IMG/VR virus record: IMGVR_UViG_3300005805_000129
Coordinates: 1 to 49,116 of that record
Length of the DNA: 49,116 nucleotides
From: a virus
Taxonomy: Duplodnaviria; Caudoviricetes
Direction: 5' to 3' (one strand)
Shown: one piece after another, positions 1 to 9,093 of the stretch
Numbering within the stretch: position 1 is the stretch's first letter
Layout: each line of letters begins with the position of its first letter
Made by a program: the position numbers and the translations under genes
Notes under the pieces: model-generated
The model's input: the letters and a program-made list of their open reading frames with translations, nothing else
The model's database searches: none
Told to the model about the DNA's origin: nothing

Positions 1-81
1 GTGCGTAAATTTTTGGGCATTTCCAAGGAGGATGAGGTGGAGATCGGGATTATTCTGGATGAATATTTACGCGAGGATTAA
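1..81 (+). CDS. 3' end of a gene entering from outside the window (..VRKFLGISKEDEVEIGIILDEYLRED*)
   Basis: Open frame from base 1 to TAA at 79-81, ending just before the BRO promoter region. Confidence 0.5.
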   Translation: MRKFLGISKEDEVEIGIILDEYLRED

Positions 82-178
82 CACAAAATCGCCACAAAAT
101 CAAGGTACAATACTGGGATAGCGATCGCAAGTTTTTGAAGGTGCGATCGCGTAACACATACCTAAAAAGGCTAGATAT

Positions 179-938
179 ATGTCCAACACAAGTTTAACGC
201 AGTTTGATTTTAATGGAAGCAGCATCAAGGTCTTGATGATTAACGGAAATCCTTGCTTACGTTCTCCAGATCCAAGATGTTGCAAACATCTTGGATCTGG
301 AGAACGTAAGCAAGGCGTGCAATCCCCTAAAAGATCGCGAAAAGCAGGTGCTAAACTTGAAGGAGAGGGGTATCACTTTAAGTAACGAACCAGACATCAC
401 AAGGCTTCTAGCCATCTCCGAATCTGGTTTGTATCGTCTCACAATGAAGTCTCGCAAACCGCAAGCCGAGCCTTTCCAAGATTGGGTCTGCGAAGAAGTT
501 CTTCCAAGTATTCGCAAGACTGGCAAATATGAAACCCCTTCAGTTCCTACCTCAACTCCGTCTCCTGCGCTACCCTCTCGTGTAATTGCACTCGAAACAG
601 CGAAGTCGGTTTTCGAGATCAAGGATATGCTTGCCGATACCGATCCTCGCCTATGTCAAATGCTTGTAGATGTTGCGATCAACGACGCAATGGCTGTTAT
701 CAAAGCGATTGCTCCAGCCTCAGAGACAAAGTGGATGGGAGCCGTAGAGATTGCAGAGTCCTTGAAGTTGCCCGTGACTACTCAGAGCCGTACTACTCTC
801 GGCAAGTTCGTAAAGGCGACTTGTGGGGATCTTGGCAAGCAAGAAGAAAGAATTTGCAACGGTCGGATGATGCCGATCTGGTGCTACCCGATGCCCAACA
901 AAGACATAGAAGCGGCGGTCAGAAAGTTCTTCGACTAA
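179..938 (+). pseudogene. BRO-N family phage antirepressor, frameshifted
   Basis: Frame from ATG 179 gives the BRO-N start (TQFDFNGSSIKVLMINGNP). The +1 frame continues QDVANILDL..ISESGLYRLTMKSRKPQAEPFQDWVCEEVLPSIRKTGKY, a canonical BRO-N core. The junction lies inside the 251-315 palindrome. Confidence 0.85.
251..315. repeat. Perfect inverted repeat, 31-bp arms, 3-nt loop
   Basis: 251-281 ccttgcttacgttctccagatccaagatgtt is the exact reverse complement of 285-315. Confidence 0.95.
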
Positions 939-949
939 ACTACACCAAT

Positions 950-977
950 AAAAAGGGTCTCAACTGAGACCCTTTTT
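950..977. terminator. Bidirectional intrinsic terminator
   Basis: aaaaagggtctca-ac-tgagacccttttt between convergent genes. Confidence 0.8.
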
Positions 978-2881
978 TATGCTTTAAATAAACTCTCAGG
1001 AAACTCAGTCCGATCGCACCAACGAGCGACTAAATCTAACTGAGTTGGGTTCGCCACAAGATAATCACACCGATAGCCCAAACTTTTTGCCGCAACTACG
1101 ACCTCGCCACTGAAAGCAAATGGGTCTAAAAACGGCTCGTTAGGATCGCCAAAAGCGGTCAAGATATCGTGAACTGGTTCTAGTGCCATCCGAGGGAGGG
1201 GCGATCGCAATGGCAGAGGAGTATCATCCTGCGTAGTGAACAACAATAATTCTTCGTACTCTTGATGGATTAATGTACGGTTTGAAGCAGCGATCGCTAA
1301 CCTTGGTTTTTCATCGTCGGAATATATACCGCCATCCAAGCCTCGAAGGTGTAAGCGACTAGAGCTAGCTACCTTATACTCAAGCTCCTCAATTACCGCG
1401 AAGGAGTATTTATGCGGCAATATTAAAGCGAATACTCCGCCCTCGGTGAGTGTTCTATAGATATAGTCGGTATTTTGAAAGAAGTCCTCCATGCCGCTAT
1501 TACCAAGGCGAGAAAATATCAGCCCGTACTGTTTGCCATCATGAAAGGTGTAGTCTTCTAGGGAAGAAACGATACCTTTGGGTTGGTATTGCTCCTCAAT
1601 CCATACTCGTTTTTCGGTGTCGAGTTTAGGCTTTGGTTCCGTGATAGGCGATCGCGTAGATGTTGTTGGTGTGGATTTTGGCTTTGAGGTTGTCGGAGGT
1701 GCGATCGCAACAATCTCTTGCTCGATATGTACCGTATTTCCGATCTTCTTAAAGTTCTCGTATTTCTGTTCGATAAACGCATAGCGATCGATTACAGTTC
1801 GCGCAGCTTCGGCAACATCAACAAGCCTGTAAAACTTGGCGCTACGCCCTTCGATCTGCTTGATTAACTCAGTACGAAACTCCTCCTTGAGATTGGCGGT
1901 TCTCTCTTCAACCCTGTTACCAGTAACTTCGTGATAGTTATGAATAAATGGCAGGTCATCCGACTCGTAAGTTTTATTCGCCTCGGAGATTAGTTGAGGC
2001 AACAAACTTTTGGCTAGCTGTGATTCTTCGTTCGCCGCACACTGACTAGCCACCTCTCCGCGTATATATTCCCATCGAAGCCATTGGCTCCAGCGATCGG
2101 GGTAGGAGGTAGACCTGTTAAGCAAATCCTTTGTATCTTTGATTGCTTTGGCTAGATTGACCCGTTGCCTTGCCGAGATCTGCATGTGGTGGCGGAGGTA
2201 GAACTCCGCAATCCATAACCAGTCCTCTTGATCGAAGTACATAAATTCAGCGACGCGATCGACCGACCTAAATAAGCCATTTTTCGGTTCAGTTAAGACC
2301 TCGACATCTTGTAGCTCTTCAACTGGCGAGTTGGCGGAAATATAGTCAACAAATCGACAGGCTTGAATCAACTTAGAAATTCGTGGACCATTTGGTTTTC
2401 CGCCTTCAAGGACGTACCCCACCTTTGCCGCATACTCAGGCTGAGACATACCTTTCTCAACGCAAGTGTAGTAAGCCAATCGAGCTAACCGCCAACCCTC
2501 CATCCTGCGCTGAGTATTGAGCGTACTTAACTTGATTAGAGCGTCCTCTTCGGATAGGTCTTCCACGATCGCGGGAATATAGTCCTGCTCAAATTCCTTG
2601 AGAACCTTGGTGAGCATCCACATCGCCACAAATCGGTGGTTGCCCTCAACGGCTTGGAGACGATCGCTAACTGGTCTGAGCAGCATAGGCTTATTGGGGT
2701 TGTAGCCCTCCGCCCTTAGCAGTTCAATCAAGGACTCGACCTGAGCATCCTCAACTCTGACGGGATAGCCCAATATTTCACTATACCTCTGTGATATAGG
2801 AGCGGGGTTCTGTGGATGAGTTTCGATCAGATCGATGGGAGCTTTAACTAAGCTTCCCGACGGCAGGGCTTCATAGGACAT
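977..2881 (-). CDS. ParB/Srx N-terminal domain protein with a C-terminal degenerate DNA methyltransferase-like domain
   Basis: N-terminal IETHPQNP..PMLLRP..AVEGNHRFVA..IPAIV is a ParB motif. C-terminal FLDPFAFSGEVVVAAKSLG resembles MTase motif I. No DPPY/SPPY motif is present. Confidence 0.75.
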   Translation of the reverse strand: MSYEALPSGSLVKAPIDLIETHPQNPAPISQRYSEILGYPVRVEDAQVESLIELLRAEGYNPNKPMLLRPVSDRLQAVEGNHRFVAMWMLTKVLKEFEQDYIPAIVEDLSEEDALIKLSTLNTQRRMEGWRLARLAYYTCVEKGMSQPEYAAKVGYVLEGGKPNGPRISKLIQACRFVDYISANSPVEELQDVEVLTEPKNGLFRSVDRVAEFMYFDQEDWLWIAEFYLRHHMQISARQRVNLAKAIKDTKDLLNRSTSYPDRWSQWLRWEYIRGEVASQCAANEESQLAKSLLPQLISEANKTYESDDLPFIHNYHEVTGNRVEERTANLKEEFRTELIKQIEGRSAKFYRLVDVAEAARTVIDRYAFIEQKYENFKKIGNTVHIEQEIVAIAPPTTSKPKSTPTTSTRSPITEPKPKLDTEKRVWIEEQYQPKGIVSSLEDYTFHDGKQYGLIFSRLGNSGMEDFFQNTDYIYRTLTEGGVFALILPHKYSFAVIEELEYKVASSSRLHLRGLDGGIYSDDEKPRLAIAASNRTLIHQEYEELLLFTTQDDTPLPLRSPLPRMALEPVHDILTAFGDPNEPFLDPFAFSGEVVVAAKSLGYRCDYLVANPTQLDLVARWCDRTEFPESLFKA

Positions 2882-2908
2882 GGTTTCTTCGGGTGATTCA
2901 GATCGGAA

Positions 2909-3142
2909 TTAGATAGATATTTTTGCTGCTGTGACCTTGGTTCGCGATCGCTTAATCTTCAATTGCTCCTCAAGACTTAGATACGATCTAATAGCTTGGG
3001 GCAATACGATTTCTTCTTCGCTATGGGAGTTGAGCACTAAGACTAGGCCTGGTAACTCTACGACCGTGACTAGCAAAACGCCACTCTCATGGCTTTCTCG
3101 AATGATTGTACCAGTGAATTCGGGACTTGAATGAAGACTCAT
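2909..3142 (-). CDS. HicB-like antitoxin-domain protein (orphan)
   Basis: IIRESHESGVLLVTVVELPGL..EEE..QAIRSYL matches the HicB N-terminal pattern. It is coupled to the upstream gene by a 4-bp overlap. Confidence 0.55.
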   Translation of the reverse strand: MSLHSSPEFTGTIIRESHESGVLLVTVVELPGLVLVLNSHSEEEIVLPQAIRSYLSLEEQLKIKRSRTKVTAAKISI

Positions 3143-3699
3143 AAGTATTTCCCCACACCATCAGGCAAAGACAACCCTTCTGAACAATAAACGATCGCGA
3201 TTTTGTTGCGGCTGACATGTCGATACTTTTGAATACCTTCAATACTGCGTCCCAGATATCGGTAAGGAGCGAACGGGTCATTACTCTCCGCCAAGACATT
3301 TAACTCATCGGGGAAGAACGCCTCCATCGGTACGCCCAAGGCGAGGCTAAAGAGTCGTAGTTCGACCGCCTGCATGATGCGATCGCTATTCTCAACCTTG
3401 GACATCCAAGACACGTCGCCAGATACTTCAGTGTCTATGCCTGTGCTATGCAAGGTGTCGCGCAGTTTATTTAGATCTGCGGCTAAGTCTTTCTGACGTT
3501 TACCCCGAAACTCTCGAAACTTTGTCAGGTTTGCGGCAACAGACATTTCTAATGCGGCAATAACTTCTGGGGATGAGGTGACTCTGTGGATTTCGTCGAT
3601 AACTTCCTGCTGCCCGTAGTCGGCATCGGTACGTTCCTGTTCCAGTCTTCGCCCGATATACGCACCGAGCTTAACTTTACTTTTTACTGCCATATTCAA
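3139..3699 (-). CDS. XRE/Cro-CI family HTH regulator
   Basis: LTKFREFRGKRQKDLAADL..VSWMSKVEN..ELRLFSLALGVPMEAFF. It is divergent from the head operon. Confidence 0.75.
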   Translation of the reverse strand: MNMAVKSKVKLGAYIGRRLEQERTDADYGQQEVIDEIHRVTSSPEVIAALEMSVAANLTKFREFRGKRQKDLAADLNKLRDTLHSTGIDTEVSGDVSWMSKVENSDRIMQAVELRLFSLALGVPMEAFFPDELNVLAESNDPFAPYRYLGRSIEGIQKYRHVSRNKIAIVYCSEGLSLPDGVGKYL

Positions 3700-3736
3700 A
3701 ACTGGTAACTCTACCCAGATTTTCGCACTGAAACGC

Positions 3737-3758
3737 GGATTTGTGGTGGATTTGTGGC
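3737..3758. promoter_or_regulatory. Tandem GGATTTGTGGY direct repeat, candidate operator
   Basis: ggatttgtggt-ggatttgtggc in the divergent intergenic region. Related CCACAAA pairs occur at 81-101 and 41689-41708. Confidence 0.4.
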
Positions 3759-3863
3759 GGTATTGAGCGTATTTAAAGAAAGGCGATCGCTAATTTCCAT
3801 AAAACCGAATATTCATCTTGACAAAACAAGAAAGTAATGCCATTGACCTGAGTTATCGAGCCA

Positions 3864-5360
3864 ATGGCATTTCGTTTTGATGACGTAAGTTTCGCGACCC
3901 GCACCGAAGAACGTGCGGACGGGCTGTATGCGTACAGCACGGTTTGTCGTGACGGCATATTGACATACTTTCGAGGTGATGGGAAGAAAGTTCGTGAATT
4001 GCGACCTGCTTCGGCAAACCGCGATCGCGACTTCCTTGAGTCCCTAAAAGGATTGCCGATGACTGTCGAGCATCCATCTTCGCTATTGCGGGGAAAACGA
4101 GATAGCGCTGTTGGTGAATTAACAAGGGCGGGTGAGTACAACGATAACGAGGGGGTTGTACAGAATATTGCCCGAATCTCTAACCCCGATTTTGCCCAGT
4201 CCGTAAAGGCAGGCAAAAAAAACGGTCTTTCTCTTGGATATGAATGCGAAATCGTAGAAGCCCCGAATGGCGAATGGTTCGACGCGATCGACCAGATCAC
4301 CTATCGGGGCGATTTTGATCGCGTTCAAACCAAGATTCGACCAGACCATTGCGCCGCAACCGATAATCCACGCGGGGGGAGCGCTGTGAGGATGCACCTC
4401 GATAGTGCCGATACCGATGAGGATGAGGTTGTTGAGTTAGTTCGCTTTGACTCGATCCAGGTTAAAGCCTCTACTCCGAACAGCGTTGTCGTTATTCCAA
4501 CAATTAAAAATGAGGGTAGCTCCGCTATGTCCGATTTGAAAACAAAAACATTGCGCGTGGATGGCGCTGGCGAGTTTCAGGTGGAGGACATCGCGCTCTA
4601 CCCCCTGTCGCAAAAACTCGAAGAACTATCTAAATACAAGTCTCGCGTAGATTCCCTTGAGGTTGAACTCAAAGAGAAGGCTGATGCGATCGCCGATCTT
4701 ACTTCCGAGGTTAATCGCACCAAGGGTCGTGCTGACGCTCTTGAAGATGAGCTAACCGAGACCCTAACCCAACTCGAAACCATCCGTCAGGACGGCAACA
4801 TGTCGAAGTCAGAAGACGACAACAAAGATGCCGAAGATGATGGCGATGACGAAGAGGCTGAAGGTGAAATGCCTAACTTTATCAAGAAGAAGATGAAGAA
4901 GGGCAAGAAGATGGATTCTTCCGACCTTGCGATCGTTCTTGACTCCGATGAAGTCCGTGAATTTCTTGCCGAAGAAATTAATCGCCAGACTGCCGATCGC
5001 CTCGATGCAATTGGCAAGACTCATGAACTTCTTGCTTCCAAGGGCATCAACATCGAGGATGCAGGCATTGAAACCACGATGGACTCCACTGAGATTCGTC
5101 GCGCTGCACTGAAGGCTATTCATCCTGAAGTTGATTTAAGCGATCGCAATGATAGCTACATCGAAGCTCGTTTCGATAGCGCGGCTGAGTACGCAACTCT
5201 TGTTCCTGCGTCTAGCTACGCAGATCGCCTAGAGACCGTCGTGAAGGTTGGTCGCACTGAGCGTAAAGATTCCGAAGAGAAGAAGGATGCAGCAGCCCGC
5301 AACAACGAGCGCTACGGCAAGAACTACGCCAAGCCCTTAACTCGTTCTAACAAGAAATAG
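3864..5360 (+). CDS. DUF2213 head maturation protease / scaffold protein
   Basis: RDGILTY..VRELRP..SLKGLPMTVEHP..GLSLGYEC..QTKIRPDHCAATDNPRGG are DUF2213 motifs. An acidic coiled-coil scaffold follows. There is a possible internal start at ATG 4527 after GAGGG. Confidence 0.9.
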   Translation: MAFRFDDVSFATRTEERADGLYAYSTVCRDGILTYFRGDGKKVRELRPASANRDRDFLESLKGLPMTVEHPSSLLRGKRDSAVGELTRAGEYNDNEGVVQNIARISNPDFAQSVKAGKKNGLSLGYECEIVEAPNGEWFDAIDQITYRGDFDRVQTKIRPDHCAATDNPRGGSAVRMHLDSADTDEDEVVELVRFDSIQVKASTPNSVVVIPTIKNEGSSAMSDLKTKTLRVDGAGEFQVEDIALYPLSQKLEELSKYKSRVDSLEVELKEKADAIADLTSEVNRTKGRADALEDELTETLTQLETIRQDGNMSKSEDDNKDAEDDGDDEEAEGEMPNFIKKKMKKGKKMDSSDLAIVLDSDEVREFLAEEINRQTADRLDAIGKTHELLASKGINIEDAGIETTMDSTEIRRAALKAIHPEVDLSDRNDSYIEARFDSAAEYATLVPASSYADRLETVVKVGRTERKDSEEKKDAAARNNERYGKNYAKPLTRSNKK

Positions 5361-5372
5361 GAGCCACTTAAA

Positions 5373-6245
5373 ATGCAAAAAGTTTATCGCCAGTATTACA
5401 CACAGGCTCTCGCTGGAATGGTTGAGGGCATGGGCGTAGGTTCCGTTGAAGCCTATCACAACGACAGTGGCTATGTTAAGGAAGTGTGGACGGTTACAAC
5501 CCCCGCAACCCCTGTTACGGCTACCGTGTACACCATCACTCTTTACGATGATGAAACTTCCTCCAGCCCAATCACCATTTCCTTTACTACTACTACAACT
5601 GTTCGTGCTGATCTAGCCACAGGTCTGTTTAATGCTTTCCGCGCCAACCTTCGTGCTAGCCAGCTTGCCTCGGTAGTAAACAACACCTCCACCTTGGTCT
5701 TCACGCACCGCAAAGACAACACTCCAATGTTCGTCACGATTGGCGGTGGTGGTGCAGCACCTTTGACCGTGCCTACCACTCCAACCACAGCGGCGGCAAG
5801 TCCATCTCGCATTGGTTTTGGCTTGTTTGTCACCAAGATTGCTGGTGCAGCCCCTCGCGTACCTGGAACCCTCAACGGCGGCAGTATTCGCCTCCCCAAT
5901 AGTGGTGACGCAATTACCGCTATTTGCGGTATTACCCGCCTCAACACTTCCGTTCAAAAGGATCAAGTTGGACCTGCGGCAACTACGGCTTATGAAGCTA
6001 ACCAGTTAGCTGTTGACGTTCAACGCCGATTGGGTGATCTCTCTGGTATTTGGGTTCCTACCTTGGAAACCAGCATTGCTGAGTCCGATACCGTGTTTAT
6101 CTCTGTTGCTGCTGGTTCTAAGGGCTACGCCCAGAAGACCAATGCGAACAGCGCGATCGATGCTTCGACCCGCGCTAGTTTCCGCTCGGATGTTGTAACC
6201 GACATCAACAACAACAGGGTTGTCAAAGTTTACGCAAACTTCTAG
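5373..6245 (+). CDS. Head decoration / cement protein
   Basis: Lies between protease and capsid genes. Thr/Ala-rich beta protein with ALAGM, IGFGLFV and GIWV motifs typical of this position in DUF2213/DUF2184 heads. Confidence 0.7.
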   Translation: MQKVYRQYYTQALAGMVEGMGVGSVEAYHNDSGYVKEVWTVTTPATPVTATVYTITLYDDETSSSPITISFTTTTTVRADLATGLFNAFRANLRASQLASVVNNTSTLVFTHRKDNTPMFVTIGGGGAAPLTVPTTPTTAAASPSRIGFGLFVTKIAGAAPRVPGTLNGGSIRLPNSGDAITAICGITRLNTSVQKDQVGPAATTAYEANQLAVDVQRRLGDLSGIWVPTLETSIAESDTVFISVAAGSKGYAQKTNANSAIDASTRASFRSDVVTDINNNRVVKVYANF

Positions 6246-6255
6246 GAGGAGTTCA

Positions 6256-7167
6256 ATGACTACAGCTACTGAAATCAAAAATGATGACTGGTCAGTGGGC
6301 TACTTCAAGGAGCAGCTCGTTGAACTAGAACAGACCCTCGAAAAAGAAGAGTACGAACAGCTTTACTGGGCGAACGGTACTCTCATTCCTCGCGAAGACT
6401 GGAATAAACCCGAACTCGAAGAAACTGGCTATCGCAAGGTAACAGGTATCGGTCGGTGGGAAGCTGCTCGCGACTACACCACCCACGTTCCCAACGTTGA
6501 GATCGTGTCGAGAGAATTCCGCCAAAGAGTTTCTGAGCATATCGGTGCTTACACTCTCAATGACAAAGAGATCGAGCTTTCCCAGAAGTTCGGTACTAGC
6601 ATTGAAGCAGAAAAAGTCCAGATCGTGCTTGAAGCAGGTCAGCAATACCTCGACAAGATGGTATTCCTTGGTGACGGTCAACTGCGTGGCTTCTTCAACC
6701 ACCCCGACACCCTGAAGTCCTACTCGGCATTCGCTTTCAACAGTTCTACTACTGTCGCTCAGATGCTCGCAGTGTTGAACGATACTGGCAACTCGATGCG
6801 TCGCTTGACTCGTAATATCGAGACTCCTGACACCATCTTGTTTGCCCAAGCAACTCACGACGAAATCAGCTTCCGTCGTCTCAGTGACTTCAACAGCGAT
6901 TCTGTCCTCGACTACTACCTCAGCAAGGCAACTTACATCAAGGATGTAATGCCCTTACTCCCCCTCGAAGGTGTTGGTGATGGCGGTTCTAACGTTGCTT
7001 GCTATTACAAGCGCGACCCGAACAAAATCAAGTTCCGTATCACGGAGCCTTTCTCCTTCAAGAAGTGGATTGAGCTACCTCGTGGTATGCAACGCACCGC
7101 TCGCATGAAATATGGTGGCTTGATTATCAAGCGTCCCTACTCCGTACTCTGGCTACACGGATTGTAA
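6256..7167 (+). CDS. Major capsid protein (DUF2184, HK97/encapsulin-like fold)
   Basis: RBS AGGAGG precedes ATG 6256. Motifs: FKEQL, VFLGD..LRGFFNHP, PDTIL, LEGVGDGG..YYKRDP, KYGGLIIKRP. Confidence 0.9.
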   Translation: MTTATEIKNDDWSVGYFKEQLVELEQTLEKEEYEQLYWANGTLIPREDWNKPELEETGYRKVTGIGRWEAARDYTTHVPNVEIVSREFRQRVSEHIGAYTLNDKEIELSQKFGTSIEAEKVQIVLEAGQQYLDKMVFLGDGQLRGFFNHPDTLKSYSAFAFNSSTTVAQMLAVLNDTGNSMRRLTRNIETPDTILFAQATHDEISFRRLSDFNSDSVLDYYLSKATYIKDVMPLLPLEGVGDGGSNVACYYKRDPNKIKFRITEPFSFKKWIELPRGMQRTARMKYGGLIIKRPYSVLWLHGL

Positions 7168-7177
7168 AGCGATCGTC

Positions 7178-7214
7178 AATATCGAGCGTGGGAATACCTG
7201 CGCTCGATATTTTT
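7178..7214 (+). terminator. Intrinsic terminator after the capsid gene
   Basis: aatatcgagcg / cgctcgatatt stem followed by a T-run. Confidence 0.8.
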
Positions 7215-7228
7215 ATATTTATTGAATT

Positions 7229-7666
7229 ATGAAACAAAACCCTGACCACCTCCTCCTTAACGCACCGCTTCTGCGGAACTTTACCTATTGCGATCGCGTA
7301 ATTATCGGCACGATCGCCGATGAATTCGATGTTGTAATCAAGAACCACGCTGAAACCCTGCTCCATGCCAATCGCAATCATATTGGCGAGAAGGGCATTA
7401 TTATGTCCTGCATTAGCGATCAGTTCGGCGTAATTGCAAGGTTTATGCGCCCAGAAGCACTACGCGAACAGGCAGATGGCGTTCAGGGTGAAGCTCATGC
7501 AGCGCTAAGTAACTACAACCCATTTGAGGCGATCGTGGTGATGCACGTTGGCTGGGATAGTCAATCCCATACCGAAGCAGTGCCTATCACTAAGCTTTAT
7601 GAGTATGTAGCTAAAAGCAATGCGCTCCAAAAGCCAAAATCAGACCTTTTATACCTCCCAGCATAA
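7229..7666 (+). CDS. Hypothetical protein
   Basis: 145-aa ORF filling the gap in the head module. No motif recognised. Confidence 0.65.
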   Translation: MKQNPDHLLLNAPLLRNFTYCDRVIIGTIADEFDVVIKNHAETLLHANRNHIGEKGIIMSCISDQFGVIARFMRPEALREQADGVQGEAHAALSNYNPFEAIVVMHVGWDSQSHTEAVPITKLYEYVAKSNALQKPKSDLLYLPA

Positions 7667-7676
7667 AGAAGAAATC

Positions 7677-8300
7677 ATGCCTGAAGAAACTATCTCTCAA
7701 ACCGAAATTAAAACCCCCAAGGCAAAATCTACAACTGCCGTCTTGGAAGCACCCACTCCAGAGCCAGAATACAAGACTGAAGATCCCCATGCTTATGTGA
7801 TCTGGTCGTTCAAACACAATGAAAAACGCAACGCACCGTTTAACCTTCAGTACCCTCCAAACGATCGCGCCAGAGATATTCTTGCTGATGTTAATGTGCC
7901 CAAGGGTATGAGTTCCTTACCCCTAACAAGCTTGTGGATTAACTTTGGTCCAAACCAAATCCCTCTCGAAACCGCTCGCGCTATTCAATCCCATCGCCCT
8001 AGCGCCGAACATCTTGAGCGCCTAATAAAAGAAGGCGTTTTAGAAATCCTCACTCCTGATCGCGCAGACATCGAAGGCATTGCTAACGATACAGCAATGT
8101 CGATTCACTTTACCCCAGAAAAAGCAAAAGCACTGATCAAAGCTTCCTACGACAAGGCTGAGTTGGAGCTTTGGCATGGTCGTGAATCTCAGTCTCGTCC
8201 AGACGTTGCCCGTGCAATTAAGGCAAGACTTGAAGAACTCAAGAACGACGAACTAGAAAGCCTCCGCAGTGCAGAACGTGCTCACGTAGAAACAGTCTAA
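7677..8300 (+). CDS. Head-module protein with C-terminal helical (HeH-like) domain
   Basis: ATG 7677. C-terminal KAKALIKASYDKAELELW..SRPDVARAIKARLEEL resembles small proteins that follow capsid genes. Confidence 0.65.
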   Translation: MPEETISQTEIKTPKAKSTTAVLEAPTPEPEYKTEDPHAYVIWSFKHNEKRNAPFNLQYPPNDRARDILADVNVPKGMSSLPLTSLWINFGPNQIPLETARAIQSHRPSAEHLERLIKEGVLEILTPDRADIEGIANDTAMSIHFTPEKAKALIKASYDKAELELWHGRESQSRPDVARAIKARLEELKNDELESLRSAERAHVETV

Positions 8301-8304
8301 ACAC

Positions 8305-8724
8305 ATGGCAACATACCCCGTCGTTTCCGCAGATACTTTTACCTACGAGGCAGCATTCTCCGACTTTGTTGGGGAGTCGCCGATCTTTATGCAGAACTGG
8401 TTGAACTTCTATTCGCGGTTCTGTTCGATTGAGGAGTGGGGTGAGAATGCGGAGATGGCGGTAATGTTGTTGACCGCTCACTACCTTGCCTTGAACACCG
8501 AGGAAGGTACGGTGACGATTTCTAATGCTAAGGCGATTGATGCAGGTGAGTCTATGTCGAATCGGAGAACTTCCACTCCCGCAAACGGTAATGGCAGATT
8601 CTCCGATGTATATCTATCTCGAACCACCTATGGACAGCAATTTTTGATGCTCAAGGAGTTAGTCCTAACAGGTGGTTTTATGGGTGACAGTATTCCTGCT
8701 GTGCCGCCATTTATTGCCTTCTGA
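8305..8724 (+). CDS. Head-tail adaptor (DUF4054)
   Basis: EWG..AVMLLTAHYLAL..YLSRTTYGQQF signature. Confidence 0.85.
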   Translation: MATYPVVSADTFTYEAAFSDFVGESPIFMQNWLNFYSRFCSIEEWGENAEMAVMLLTAHYLALNTEEGTVTISNAKAIDAGESMSNRRTSTPANGNGRFSDVYLSRTTYGQQFLMLKELVLTGGFMGDSIPAVPPFIAF

Positions 8725-8746
8725 GTTATTATTTAAAGAGGACACA

Positions 8747-8995
8747 ATGACATTCTCCGAAGCTTTGGAAGCTATTAAATCGGGTGGCAAGGTTGCCAGA
8801 ACGGGTTGGAACGGCAAAGGTATCTTTATTCAGATTCAGCGTCCCGATGCACACTCAAAAATGACCCACCCGTATATCTATATCGACACTACTGGTTTAC
8901 AATCCGACAATCTGGATGCTCCAAGAAGTTTAGTACCTTGGCTTGCCTCCCAAACAGATCTTTTGTCCGACGACTGGATGGTTGTATCTCCTTAA
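8747..8995 (+). CDS. DUF2829 protein (family of the Thoeris anti-defence sponge Tad2)
   Basis: RBS GAGGA precedes ATG 8747. MTFSEALEAIKSGGKVARTGWNGKG..PYIYI..VPWLASQTDLLSDDW. Confidence 0.9.
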   Translation: MTFSEALEAIKSGGKVARTGWNGKGIFIQIQRPDAHSKMTHPYIYIDTTGLQSDNLDAPRSLVPWLASQTDLLSDDWMVVSP

Positions 8996-9030
8996 TTTAG
9001 CCCTATGTACCATGCGTACAAAAGGATCTT

Positions 9031-9065
9031 ACAAGCGATCGCTAAATCAACCAGCGATCGCTTGT
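9031..9065 (+). terminator. Hairpin built from two HIP1 sites, probable terminator
   Basis: acaagcgatcgct ... agcgatcgcttgt followed by tt. Confidence 0.55.
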
Positions 9066-9093
9066 TTGCTTATGAGCATCAAACAATAGCAGT

